The translations under genes were made by a program, and so were the position numbers. Positions 8,490 to 18,706 of a stretch of 64,000 nucleotides of DNA are shown one piece after another. The stretch's first letter is position 1. Every line of letters begins with the position of its first letter. The stretch is from an uncultured Ruminococcus sp. (GTDB lineage: Bacteria; Bacillota; Clostridia; Oscillospirales; Acutalibacteraceae): the NCBI GenBank assembly GCA_964629465.1, contig CAZVRE010000006.1:5615-69614 (forward strand). Direction: 5' to 3'. Below the pieces are notes generated by a model. That model did not search any database. It was not told the DNA's origin and worked only from the letters and a program-made list of their open reading frames with translations.

Positions 8490-9599
8490 TCAAGTTAAAT
8501 GATTTTTGGCACATTCCAATGCCTCAGCAATAACCTGATGCATATCAAAATACTTGTACATACCAAGCCTTCCACCAAAAATAACATTATCCTGTTTTGC
8601 AGCTAACTCTTTATATTTTTCATACAATCCGTTATTCTTATCGTTATTAACAGGATAATAAGGTTCATCACCTTTACTCCACACCTTAGGATATTCCTTG
8701 GTGATAACAGTGTGAGGTGTGGTTTTTCCTCCCTGACAACCATACTCAAAGTGCTTATGTTCAATTATTCTTGTATAAGGAATTTCATACTCAGTATAAT
8801 TCACTACAGCATTACCCTGATAATTTTCCATATTTAAAATTTCAGTATCGAACTTCAAACTACGATATTCCAACTCACCATAGCAATAATCAAAATACTC
8901 ATCAATCATACCTGTGAATACAATTTTATCTGCACAAGAAGTTAATTCATCCTTATTTGCAAAAAAATCTGTATTTAATTTAACTTCTATGCCATCAAGC
9001 ATTTTTTCAATGATTTGAGTATAACCTCCAATAGGAATACCTTGATATTTGTCATTAAAATAATTATTATCATACACAAATCTTACTGGCAATCTTTTTA
9101 TAATAAAAGAGGGTAATTCAGTTGCTTTTCTGCCCCATTGTTTTTCAGTATACCCTTTTACTAACTTCTCATAGATATCTCTACCTACCAACGAGATAGC
9201 CTGTTCCTCCAAGTTTTGAGGTTCACCTTTAATTTCTGCACGTTGCTCATCAATAATCGCTTTTGCTTCCTGTGGAGTAACAACTCCCCACATTTTGCTA
9301 AAGGTATTCATATTAAAAGGCATATTATATAATTCGCCCTTGTATCGTGCAACAGGTGAATTTGTGTATCTATTAAATTCAGCAAACTGATTTACATAAT
9401 CCCAAATATCTTTGTCACTAGTATGGAAAATATGCGCACCGTACATATGTACGTTTATACCATCATTGTTTTGTGTATAAATATTACCTCCAATGTGAGA
9501 ACGTTTTTCCACTACTAATACTTTTTTACCTTTTTTGTTTGCTTCATAAGCAAATACTGCACCAAATAGACCTGAACCAACAACTAAATAATCGTACAT
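8490..9599 (-). CDS. glf: UDP-galactopyranose mutase
   Basis: 369 aa. FAD motif YDYLVVGSGLFGAVFA and a family-typical length and C-terminus. Confidence 0.95.
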   Translation of the reverse strand: MYDYLVVGSGLFGAVFAYEANKKGKKVLVVEKRSHIGGNIYTQNNDGINVHMYGAHIFHTSDKDIWDYVNQFAEFNRYTNSPVARYKGELYNMPFNMNTFSKMWGVVTPQEAKAIIDEQRAEIKGEPQNLEEQAISLVGRDIYEKLVKGYTEKQWGRKATELPSFIIKRLPVRFVYDNNYFNDKYQGIPIGGYTQIIEKMLDGIEVKLNTDFFANKDELTSCADKIVFTGMIDEYFDYCYGELEYRSLKFDTEILNMENYQGNAVVNYTEYEIPYTRIIEHKHFEYGCQGGKTTPHTVITKEYPKVWSKGDEPYYPVNNDKNNGLYEKYKELAAKQDNVIFGGRLGMYKYFDMHQVIAEALECAKNHLT

Positions 9600-9611
9600 A
9601 TTTTTCTCCTA

Positions 9612-11180
9612 TTATGTCTTCTTGTTTTTTAGAAATTTACCAAATAGTTTTTTTAGTATTTGTTTTACTACATTCCACAAATAATCAAATTCCTTTGTTT
9701 TGCGGAAAACTAATATAAAAATACCATTCGTTACAACAGTACATATTACGACTTTAAGTAAGATAACGAGTAATATGTTAGTAATATAATGTGAGCACAA
9801 CAAACACAAGCCATAACTTACACCGCCACTTAGCAAAAGTACAAATAAGAAATACAAATATTTCTTTAAATATATTACAGGATTTTTGCCAAAACCATGC
9901 TTAAATAAAGCGTATGGTTCATACCAGGTGTTTGTTACAAGTCTTGCTATAGCAGTAGCAAGGAATATACCAAACACACCCATATAATATCCAAATATTA
10001 TATCCAATACAATATTTATTGCTGCAGTAACAAACAATATATATCTACCGTATTTAAACAATCCCATTGTGTTTTTGTAAGTCCACACGGCATTTTGCAT
10101 ACCTACCATATATAAATTAACGGCAAGTATAAGTGGAATTTCCCAAGACATTACATAATTATTACCAAAACACAAATTTACTAAATCAGATGTAACACAA
10201 GTAATTCCTATTGAAGCATAACCATACAACCAAAAATTAGTTAAATTCAAAACCTTAAAGAAACTGTACTGGTGTTCTTTTGTTTCTACAGCGTTAAGGT
10301 TACCTACACTTGCAGTTAAAGCATTAAATACATTTTTAATCATTGTATCAAGAGTATTAACTAACAAAGTATAGTTGGATGCTAAACCAGTAATTCCAAG
10401 TCCACTAAAATATGTAATTACCAGGTTGTCAGTATTGTTTACAAGCACACCACTGATTTTATATGACATAATATGTTTTATATTTTTAAAGATGCCCTTC
10501 TTTTCTTCTTTTGGAAGCGGTTTTGCTTTCGCTTTTTCAATAAAAGGATAATCTTTCTTTGCCCATAAAGTAATTATTATGTTATATGCCCAAGTGCCGA
10601 TTGTTTGTACAATCAAATAAGGTATATATGACTTTAATGTTACCAACAAAATCATCTGAATAATACTTTGAGCAATAGTGCAAGCATAACTTACGCCTAC
10701 TACTACATAACTGCGTTGATATGCATTTATCAATGCACTTCTATAACTAAAAAAGTAACTACTTGCTGTATTAAACAGATATATTCCATAAATTAGATAG
10801 ATGCTTTCTTTTAGACCGGAAGTATCTCCAACTACAAATGTAAGGAAAGGCACTAACGCCACACCTAAGACAGCCACAATAATACCAATAAGGCGATATG
10901 CAGATTTAAACAATCGCATTAAGGATGCTATTTTTTCCTCATCATTTTCCGCTATTGGCTTATAAAGAGAAAATATTATTGCGCTTCCTACACCTAATTC
11001 TGCTAATGATAGCATACTTAAAAAGTTGGTAAGTAATCCTGTTATACCCAGATATTCTTCAGACAATATTCTTACAAATACCATTCGGCAAACATAGCCT
11101 AAAAAAGTATTTAAAAAATATCCTACAAAACCTGTAAGCATATTCATCAAGGAATATTGCGTTCTTGTCTTTTTGCCCAT
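9612..11180 (-). CDS. Wzx-type oligosaccharide flippase (MOP superfamily polysaccharide biosynthesis protein)
   Basis: About 12-14 TM helices. I place the start at ATG 11180 (MGKKTRTQYSLMNML) with a strong AGAGGAG RBS. The track ORF extends to 11291 and overlaps the upstream gene. Confidence 0.8.
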   Translation of the reverse strand: MGKKTRTQYSLMNMLTGFVGYFLNTFLGYVCRMVFVRILSEEYLGITGLLTNFLSMLSLAELGVGSAIIFSLYKPIAENDEEKIASLMRLFKSAYRLIGIIVAVLGVALVPFLTFVVGDTSGLKESIYLIYGIYLFNTASSYFFSYRSALINAYQRSYVVVGVSYACTIAQSIIQMILLVTLKSYIPYLIVQTIGTWAYNIIITLWAKKDYPFIEKAKAKPLPKEEKKGIFKNIKHIMSYKISGVLVNNTDNLVITYFSGLGITGLASNYTLLVNTLDTMIKNVFNALTASVGNLNAVETKEHQYSFFKVLNLTNFWLYGYASIGITCVTSDLVNLCFGNNYVMSWEIPLILAVNLYMVGMQNAVWTYKNTMGLFKYGRYILFVTAAINIVLDIIFGYYMGVFGIFLATAIARLVTNTWYEPYALFKHGFGKNPVIYLKKYLYFLFVLLLSGGVSYGLCLLCSHYITNILLVILLKVVICTVVTNGIFILVFRKTKEFDYLWNVVKQILKKLFGKFLKNKKT

Positions 11181-11193
11181 TCTTACTCCTCTT

Positions 11194-12333
11194 TTACCAA
11201 TATAAAACAGAATATAATCGTATTGCCATACCTTGAATAAAAGGCATACTGCTGTATCTTTGTGAAAGCACTCCAATGTCTTTTGTGTCACCTAAACAAC
11301 CATCAATAACTCCGCTGATTTTTGTGTGCTTAACCACTTTATTTAAACAACGCTTTGCTATCTCCGTGTATTCAGTTACATTAAACTCTTTACCGCAAAC
11401 AGCATAAAAATAACCTAACATAACCGTTGCAGATGTGTCATAGTGTTCTGGTGTCTGCACTATAGTAGAAAATCCACCATTTTCAAATTGCTTCCAATTT
11501 TCTGCAACTTCTATCATATATGATTTTAACTGTTCTTTTCGTGATTCTTCTTTAAGTTCCAGATATAAGTCTGTCAATCCTAAAGAATACCAACCCATAC
11601 CTCTGCCCCAACCGTAAACTCCTAACGGAATTTCTGTTTCCGGCTGAAAACAATGAACTGGTAAATTTTTATAAAATCCTTTTTCTCGGAACAGTTCAAT
11701 TTGTCTAACGGCTAAATCTATGTATTCAGGTTTATTATACACATTTCCATATTCGCCTAAAAACGGACATATAAAGCCCAAAGTATCTACATATCTACGC
11801 TTTGAGTTTTTACCGGCTGAATAACTAACCATACCGTCAGCGCAAAGATTATCTTCTATACATTCAACCATCTTATCCATAGCATTTTTTATGGAATCTT
11901 TGTCTTTTTCTGCCTTTAGCAAAGCATACGCAAGCATTGCATAATCGATTTTGTTGACTGTAATTTTCCAATTACCTTTATCATCAATAAGTTGAGTTTT
12001 GGCTTGTTGTAAAATATTTAAATCTTCCTCAGTTGAATATACGCCAAGCATACAGCCTGCCTTTTGCCAACTTTGAACCATTTTTTTACCATACTTGCCA
12101 CGAATACGGTCCATAAGCAAATAACGACAATCTTCTCTTAACTTCAATGTAGGTGTTTTTACAGCCCATTTTTTGCAAACTTTATATGTTGCATTTTTCC
12201 ATTGAGTTAAATCAGACCATCTACCCATATGAAAATGACTGTAAGTTTCCACAAGAGCAGATAAAGCATCGTACCCAATAAAAACAAGTAACACTGCCAA
12301 AACAACTGATAAAATAATTAGTGCAACTATCAT
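11194..12333 (-). CDS. Membrane-anchored glycoside hydrolase family 88/105-like protein
   Basis: N-terminal TM helix. Motifs VDTLGFICPFLGEYG and GWGRGMGWYSLGL resemble the D-x-x-x-M-x-x-PFL and W-x-RGNGW signatures of unsaturated glucuronyl/rhamnogalacturonyl hydrolases. Confidence 0.6.
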   Translation of the reverse strand: MIVALIILSVVLAVLLVFIGYDALSALVETYSHFHMGRWSDLTQWKNATYKVCKKWAVKTPTLKLREDCRYLLMDRIRGKYGKKMVQSWQKAGCMLGVYSTEEDLNILQQAKTQLIDDKGNWKITVNKIDYAMLAYALLKAEKDKDSIKNAMDKMVECIEDNLCADGMVSYSAGKNSKRRYVDTLGFICPFLGEYGNVYNKPEYIDLAVRQIELFREKGFYKNLPVHCFQPETEIPLGVYGWGRGMGWYSLGLTDLYLELKEESRKEQLKSYMIEVAENWKQFENGGFSTIVQTPEHYDTSATVMLGYFYAVCGKEFNVTEYTEIAKRCLNKVVKHTKISGVIDGCLGDTKDIGVLSQRYSSMPFIQGMAIRLYSVLYW

Positions 12334-12334
12334 T

Positions 12335-13486
12335 TTATTCTCCTATAAGTTTGTTAACTGCATCAACTGCAAGTTGTGTTTTTGAAATATATTCAGGCAT
12401 GATATTTTCAAGGTGTTTTTTAATTTCTTTTTCATTATCCAATATCCAGGTGAAGGCTTTAACAAGGTCGTCTTTTTCTTTTAATGACTGCACCGGAATT
12501 ACATAATCTTCGTATCTACCAAATAAATCTTTAGCAATACCTTTTGCCTTTACTGAATACCCTACAACCAATGTTGGCACACAACTTGAATATGCTGCAA
12601 TTGTTGCGTGAGTTCTTGCACCTACAAAAATACGACAATTTGATAAAATATATTTTTGCCTTGTGCAGTCATGATCATCAACCATAATAACTCTGTCATT
12701 ATCAGCAAACATCTCTTTTAGTTGTGATAGTGGTTTTCTATCGTCGTTAGTTTCCCACACAACGTGAGGAATCAATGCAACTGAGTCATCAGTATTGTCT
12801 AAAATGTATTGAATTAAATTCTTGTAGTTTTCCATTGTAATGCCTTCTGACTGTTCACGAGAAGCAATCAAAGGGCTAACATTTACGCCAATATAAGACT
12901 CCGCAGGGAGTTCAATCTCTTGTTTTGGCAATACAAAAGCAGGATCAACAGTCAAAATTGTATTAGGGTTTACTTTTTTTAGTGCCTCATAAGTAATAGT
13001 TTCTCTGGCACAAATCAAATCATAACCTTTTAAGTCTTCTGCCATTTGCGCATCAATATAATCAGGCTCCACAGAACAACCCCACAAAACCGTTTTGCAA
13101 CCTTGTTCTCTTAAGTATCTATTAACACGATATATATAATCAGGAGTATCATAGCAATACAAATCGCCACCGATAGATAACATAATGCCACTTTTTTTGC
13201 ATGCACTAAGCACTGGTGAAAAAGTAGCCTTATCAAAGGCATCATTATCTTTACGAATAATTCTCTTGAATGTTGAAGTAATATACTTTAAAGATGTTCT
13301 GTTAACTTCTTCTGTACCTTTTTTGATAATAACATCAACATCTGGCATATATTTTAAGTCTACTTCAGGATGATCAGTCATCAAGGTCAACTTTGCATCG
13401 CCAAACAACTTGCGTGTTGCTCTTACAATAGCCTCACAACCATGATTTCCACTACCCACATGAGGAAACATTACTATTTCTTTCAT
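12335..13486 (-). CDS. Polysaccharide pyruvyl transferase family protein (WcaK/EpsO-like)
   Basis: 383 aa. N-terminal GSGNHGCEAI and a C-terminal GARTHATIAA...VGYSVKAKG motif pattern. Confidence 0.75.
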   Translation of the reverse strand: MKEIVMFPHVGSGNHGCEAIVRATRKLFGDAKLTLMTDHPEVDLKYMPDVDVIIKKGTEEVNRTSLKYITSTFKRIIRKDNDAFDKATFSPVLSACKKSGIMLSIGGDLYCYDTPDYIYRVNRYLREQGCKTVLWGCSVEPDYIDAQMAEDLKGYDLICARETITYEALKKVNPNTILTVDPAFVLPKQEIELPAESYIGVNVSPLIASREQSEGITMENYKNLIQYILDNTDDSVALIPHVVWETNDDRKPLSQLKEMFADNDRVIMVDDHDCTRQKYILSNCRIFVGARTHATIAAYSSCVPTLVVGYSVKAKGIAKDLFGRYEDYVIPVQSLKEKDDLVKAFTWILDNEKEIKKHLENIMPEYISKTQLAVDAVNKLIGE

Positions 13487-13500
13487 TTTTGCCTCCGATA

Positions 13501-14589
13501 TTATTTGTCAAGTTCTTTGTTTACTATATTTTGATAATCGTTTAATCTTGAGAGCAACAATTCGATATTATCAAACTCGTATGCTACTTTAACTTGATTA
13601 TTTATTTCTTCTCTTGTTTTTCTATTACATATAGTTGTAAATAAAGTCCAAAAACACTTTATCTTCAACGCCTCAATTCCTACAAAAAAGATTTTATCTT
13701 TTGAGGTGAGGGGAGTGTTTCTTTCTTTTCTTATACTTTTGTCATAAGACAAAACCATTTCTCTTATCTGTTCTGTGCCAGACAAAGGGAAACCGTGTTT
13801 AAGACTATTCAAAATCAACTGACGCAAAAAACTCGCATATTCGCCATACAACCAATATGAAATTTCCGGTACTTTGTTGTTAAACTCTTTAAACAATTGC
13901 AAATACACTTTTGCTTTGATTTCACACAAATCATCAATTTTCCATGTATTAACATTACTTGTAGGATTATTGCGATGTACAATAAATGCTTTATTCGAAT
14001 TCACCACAATATTTTTTGTATTAGAAAAAGCCCTAAATCGAAATGCCGACTCAATATCCTGTTTTTGATATTCAAAAAATCTTATGTTTTTTTCTTTGAG
14101 ATATTCTGCTCTGTAAAAGCATGACCAGAATTCAATTTCAGGAATAAAATTCTTAATATTCTCTACACTTTCAGGATATGTAATCTGTGGAACATCAGAA
14201 AGTTCCATATTACATTCAACTTTAGGCAAATATATAATGTCAGTCCCTTTATCTTTTTGAGCCTCAAGATAAGAATACCAACTAGCGTCGAATTCACTAC
14301 CAAACATCATATCGTCACTATCAAGGAATGTTATCCATTGACCTCTTGATGCTTCTATCCCTCGATTACGAGCATACCCTGCACCTGAATTTTCAATAAC
14401 AATATATTGAAAATTATCTCCCTGATATTTCCTGCATATTTGGTCACTGCTGTCGCTTGAGCCATCATTAACAACTACAAACTCAACCCAAGGAATATTG
14501 CAATCTAAAACCGACCTGATAGCAGTTTCTATAAATCTTTCGCCGTTATATAAAGGAACAACAATACTAACTTTAATATCCGTCTTCAT
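13501..14589 (-). CDS. Glycosyltransferase family 2
   Basis: VSIVVPLYNGERFI...VVNDGSSDSS and DSDD motifs. Confidence 0.85.
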   Translation of the reverse strand: MKTDIKVSIVVPLYNGERFIETAIRSVLDCNIPWVEFVVVNDGSSDSSDQICRKYQGDNFQYIVIENSGAGYARNRGIEASRGQWITFLDSDDMMFGSEFDASWYSYLEAQKDKGTDIIYLPKVECNMELSDVPQITYPESVENIKNFIPEIEFWSCFYRAEYLKEKNIRFFEYQKQDIESAFRFRAFSNTKNIVVNSNKAFIVHRNNPTSNVNTWKIDDLCEIKAKVYLQLFKEFNNKVPEISYWLYGEYASFLRQLILNSLKHGFPLSGTEQIREMVLSYDKSIRKERNTPLTSKDKIFFVGIEALKIKCFWTLFTTICNRKTREEINNQVKVAYEFDNIELLLSRLNDYQNIVNKELDK

Positions 14590-14612
14590 ATGAGGTAATA
14601 ATCTCCATATTT

Positions 14613-15773
14613 TTATTTTAATGCTTTATCTAAATACTTAAAATGCAACTGCGCTAATTCAACTAAACTTTCGATTTTTTCTTTACTAACCTGATATATT
14701 TTTTCATTTTCTACTCGTTCAGGAGTTAACCTATCCATTTCCTCTAATGTAATATAAGGGAAATCTTGGTCTATATCATTAAGAACATGTGTTGTTTTTT
14801 CATTATAGCAAATAGCACAAACTTTTTTTTGATATAGCAAAGCCAAAACCATAGCATGATAACGAGTAGCAAGCACACTATCACAAGAATTAAACAAGGC
14901 AAGAATTTCATCTTTGGATGAATCAGGATAACAGTATATATGATTATACTGAGAATTATTTATTCCGTCCAAAATTAACCTTATAGTTTCGTCGTCTTTT
15001 TGAGCATTACAAAAGCCCGCAAGAACCGTATGCAATCCTTTTCGATTGCGATCTTCAACGATTTTTCTAACAAAGTTTATATAGTTTTCATAATATCCTG
15101 ATGCATCATCTTCATCTTTCTTAAGATTTGCTACGGATATCAACATAAATTTTCCATAATCTTTCTTTATGGAATTTGTCTCATTATCTTTTGGATAATT
15201 AAAAACAACGTCAGGAGCCCACCTTGCCTGCTTAACATCAGGGAATAAAGACAATGAATATGTATCTCTAAAGCAAATATCAGATGTTTGCTTAAATAAT
15301 GCTCTGTACATTTCAAGATATTCATTGTGAGCGTATGGGCCAAAATTACAACCTAATAAATAAGGTTTTCTATCATAATATCTTTTCTCTTCAAGTTGTT
15401 TTTTAGGAAGTGTTTCAAACTCACTTTCAGAATTCATAAAGCCTGAACCTGTAATATACACATTAACATCGGCTTTTTGGGAATACTTTTCTTCAACTGC
15501 AGCATCAGTAATTTTTGCAGGGATAACTTGTTTTTTACACACAGAATTCACAACACTCGCAAACTTTCTCTGCAATGTCATAGTGGTTCTAATAAGCGTA
15601 GTGTCATTAGATATATATTTAAGGTTTTTAATATATCCATACACGGACTTGTATTTTTTTGACCCTGTTACAATAAACTGCGTATTAGGATATCTATTGC
15701 AAATTATATCCAAAAATAAATCATCGCCCAAATTGGCAGACACAAATGCTTTTAATTTAACTTTTTTCACCAC
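14613..15773 (-). CDS. Second polysaccharide pyruvyl transferase family protein
   Basis: N-terminal SANLGDDLFLDII and C-terminal ATRYHAMVLAL...AICYNEKT, which fits the R-x-H pattern of the family. It is highly diverged from the 12335-13486 product. Confidence 0.65.
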   Translation of the reverse strand: MVKKVKLKAFVSANLGDDLFLDIICNRYPNTQFIVTGSKKYKSVYGYIKNLKYISNDTTLIRTTMTLQRKFASVVNSVCKKQVIPAKITDAAVEEKYSQKADVNVYITGSGFMNSESEFETLPKKQLEEKRYYDRKPYLLGCNFGPYAHNEYLEMYRALFKQTSDICFRDTYSLSLFPDVKQARWAPDVVFNYPKDNETNSIKKDYGKFMLISVANLKKDEDDASGYYENYINFVRKIVEDRNRKGLHTVLAGFCNAQKDDETIRLILDGINNSQYNHIYCYPDSSKDEILALFNSCDSVLATRYHAMVLALLYQKKVCAICYNEKTTHVLNDIDQDFPYITLEEMDRLTPERVENEKIYQVSKEKIESLVELAQLHFKYLDKALK

Positions 15774-15781
15774 TTAACTCC

Positions 15782-16726
15782 TTATAACAAATGCAGTTTA
15801 TATAGCAAATACACAAAAACAAAACGCACTTTCATCTGTAAACGCAAAGAACTGAAAATATCCTTTTTTAGTTTAACCATTCTCTTTGCCAACATATTCT
15901 TCAAATCACTATAACTATTTCGTTTTGCTCCTATAATTCCGTTAATAATTTCTGGATAATACTTGTTGGCAAATCGTTTTTGCAAATCGGGTTTAGCACT
16001 TAATTGATTTATTATAGATTCAATAGCAAGATGATAACTCACTTCTCTGCCTTGCGCCTTTTCCGCACTATTAGTAGCACTGGACTCTCTATAATAATAT
16101 TTGTATAAACACTCTGGGCAAACCACCATTTTATTGATGCAAAGCATCATTTTCACAACCCAATCTAAATCTTCAAAATACCACATACTCTCATCGAAAG
16201 CAGGCACTTGGTCAAATACTGATGTTCTCCAAATTTTATTCCAAGGATATCCTCCACCAAATGCAGAATAATTCTCTAAAATTTTCTCAATTATATATTC
16301 GTTGTTATCAAGCACTTGAAAATCATCATATTGTTCTGTAACCTCTTGAGTTCCTTCGTCAATAATTTCCCAACCATAAGACACAACATCTGCTTGGTGT
16401 TTTTCAAGGTACTCGACGGTTATATCAAATGCATTCTCTACCAACTCATCGTCTGCATCAACAAAAGTAATATAATCGCCCTTTGATGCCTTGATTCCGG
16501 CATTCCGAGCAGAAGATACTCCCTTGTTTTCCTGATGAATAACCGTAATTCTGCTGTCTTTTTGGGCATATTGATTGCAAATCAAACCACTATTATCTTT
16601 AGAACCGTCATTTACTAAAATCACCTGAATATTCTTGTATGTTTGATTAAGTATACTGTCAATACATCTTTTGAGATATACTTCAACATTATATACAGGA
16701 ATTACAACAGAAATAAGTCCGTTCAT
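15782..16726 (-). CDS. Glycosyltransferase family 2
   Basis: ISVVIPVYNVEVYLKRCIDSILNQTY...VNDGSKDNS and VDADD motifs. Confidence 0.85.
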   Translation of the reverse strand: MNGLISVVIPVYNVEVYLKRCIDSILNQTYKNIQVILVNDGSKDNSGLICNQYAQKDSRITVIHQENKGVSSARNAGIKASKGDYITFVDADDELVENAFDITVEYLEKHQADVVSYGWEIIDEGTQEVTEQYDDFQVLDNNEYIIEKILENYSAFGGGYPWNKIWRTSVFDQVPAFDESMWYFEDLDWVVKMMLCINKMVVCPECLYKYYYRESSATNSAEKAQGREVSYHLAIESIINQLSAKPDLQKRFANKYYPEIINGIIGAKRNSYSDLKNMLAKRMVKLKKDIFSSLRLQMKVRFVFVYLLYKLHLL

Positions 16727-16736
16727 ATCTTCTCCC

Positions 16737-17759
16737 TTATAACATTACCAATTTATTTATAACAGGTATTCTTCTAATAACCTCAACAATAACCCAACAC
16801 AACAATAAAGTTACAACAAAAAGCAAAATATTAAACAACGCACTCTCTCCGGCGAACATAGGTACAAGAGATTTAAGTACAGAAAACACAAAAGGATGAA
16901 TAATATAAATTCCCATTGTGCTCTTTGACAAATACTCACTCGCTTTGTTCAAAAATTCGTTTCTGCGTGTATTGCAAACAACAACGGCAAACAAGCAAAG
17001 CACCACAAGGATCACAGGCAGTTCTTGATAAAAATACTGAATATCTCTGCGCAAATAAATATATTTACCTACGAAGTTAATATAAACTAAACAAATGATT
17101 ATCAAGCCTAAACATAAAAGGCGAATTTTCCACATATGTTTGCTAACAAAAGAGGTCAACTTATCTTTATATATTGCCACTAAACTTCCTGCCATAAAAT
17201 AAAACAACCAAACCCATATTCTAAAAGTTTGTATCACTTCATTTATCAAAGGCTTTTTGACTATTAAAGAAACCACTGTAAGCCCTAAACAAATTGCTCC
17301 CAGCAAAGCAAACAATGCGACATAGCCTTTTATGCATTTTCTCTGAAGTTTACTTAATAAAGGTAAAATAAGTTGTATGATAATTAAGGAGCCAAAAAAC
17401 CAAAAATGATAAAATAATCCTTCTTGAATAAAGTCTTTTAAGAAACTCACTAAAAAATTTCTGAATCCGTTTAATGGCCAAAATGCTAAAGCGTGAAGCA
17501 ACTCCCAACTAAAGCAAACAAGCAATATTCTTAAAATTTTAGAGAATACATACTTATATGTAATTTCTTGATTTTTGATAAACATCAAATATCCGTTACA
17601 CATAAAGAATAAAGGAATGCAAATTACCGCCATAAGCCCAAGAACCAAATTTATATATCCATAAGTTATGTTTATAGTATGGATTGCTACTATTCCGCAA
17701 CAAGAAATAACTTTTAGTAAATCTATACCATAATCTCGCTTATGCAAAGTATTACTCAT
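16737..17759 (-). CDS. Acyltransferase family 3 (polysaccharide O-acetyltransferase), integral membrane
   Basis: 340 aa with ~10 TM helices. The N-terminal YGIDLLKVISCCGIVAIHT is typical of the family. Confidence 0.8.
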   Translation of the reverse strand: MSNTLHKRDYGIDLLKVISCCGIVAIHTINITYGYINLVLGLMAVICIPLFFMCNGYLMFIKNQEITYKYVFSKILRILLVCFSWELLHALAFWPLNGFRNFLVSFLKDFIQEGLFYHFWFFGSLIIIQLILPLLSKLQRKCIKGYVALFALLGAICLGLTVVSLIVKKPLINEVIQTFRIWVWLFYFMAGSLVAIYKDKLTSFVSKHMWKIRLLCLGLIIICLVYINFVGKYIYLRRDIQYFYQELPVILVVLCLFAVVVCNTRRNEFLNKASEYLSKSTMGIYIIHPFVFSVLKSLVPMFAGESALFNILLFVVTLLLCWVIVEVIRRIPVINKLVML

Positions 17760-17772
17760 AAATTCACCTTTC

Positions 17773-18684
17773 TTAAGGTTTTACTATAGGGCCCAACTTA
17801 CCTTTTAAGCCATGATATACACCCTTAAATAACATTTTTATAGTCTGGAATTTCTTGCACTTCATACTAAAAATTGCAAGAAGTTTTACTAAAACAAGTT
17901 CAAATGCAATAGCCTTGTACTGTTTATTTTGTTTATACATCCAAGTAAAGTTTCTTGCAGCATAATATTCCTTCCAAGGAGCCTCCACGAAGAAAGGGAC
18001 TTTCTTGCCCAACACTTTTTTCTCGAATGTTTCAGGACGAGGGTGGTTGTATCTGGAGTCAACAACAGTAACAACATAAGCGCCTGCATCAATAGAACGG
18101 TGTTTAAAGTTAACCTCGTCACCTTTTATAAAGAAATCTTTGTTTGGAAATCCTATTTCAGCCACTAATTCACGAGAAACTAATGTTCCGTTAAAAGGAT
18201 TTGCTGCACCCTCAATGAGTCCATCTTTTGCAACTTCCAGCGCACCCTCAACAGTATAGATATTATCTATCTTAAAAGATAACAAATCTCCTTGCTGAAC
18301 TAATGAATTAACAAACAACTTCTTATTGCCTTTATTTTCATTATAAAGTTCAATCGCTTTATCATATAGAACTTTAAAGGTGTTTTCGTCAGCAGCAGCG
18401 CCATCATCATCCATAAGAACTATCCAATCAGATCCATCATCATACGCCACTTTTGTACCTGTGTAAAAACCACCTGCACCACCTATATTGGACTCTGTCT
18501 TTATGTATTTGAACCAATCTTCATCAGCCCAACCTTTTTCCTGCAAATACTCATAAGTTCCGTCAGTTGAGCAATTATCAATAATATAAATCTTATCAAA
18601 TTTTTTAGTTTGCTTCAAAAGCATTTCTATATTATAAGAAAGAAGTTCTTTGCGGTTATAAGTTACTATTACTGCAGATAGCAT
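17773..18684 (-). CDS. Glycosyltransferase family 2 (rhamnosyl-/galactofuranosyl-transferase-like subgroup)
   Basis: SAVIVTYNRKELL...IIDNCSTDGT and MDDDG motifs. Acceptor and donor are not assignable from sequence. Confidence 0.8.
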   Translation of the reverse strand: MLSAVIVTYNRKELLSYNIEMLLKQTKKFDKIYIIDNCSTDGTYEYLQEKGWADEDWFKYIKTESNIGGAGGFYTGTKVAYDDGSDWIVLMDDDGAAADENTFKVLYDKAIELYNENKGNKKLFVNSLVQQGDLLSFKIDNIYTVEGALEVAKDGLIEGAANPFNGTLVSRELVAEIGFPNKDFFIKGDEVNFKHRSIDAGAYVVTVVDSRYNHPRPETFEKKVLGKKVPFFVEAPWKEYYAARNFTWMYKQNKQYKAIAFELVLVKLLAIFSMKCKKFQTIKMLFKGVYHGLKGKLGPIVKP

Positions 18685-18706
18685 ATCTTGTACCTCTTTA
18701 ATTCAT

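Noticed and set aside
14823-14830. A8/T8 homopolymer tracts inside polysaccharide genes (also 22084-22091) as possible phase-variation switches
   Set aside because: Runs of this length are expected by chance in such AT-rich, Lys-rich coding sequence. There is no evidence of frameshifted copies in the window.
17889-18122. Same-strand out-of-frame ORFs nested in larger genes (also 20178-20501, 23692-23949, 63271-63654)
   Set aside because: They are fully contained in confidently assigned genes, have no independent start signals, and give compositionally odd translations.
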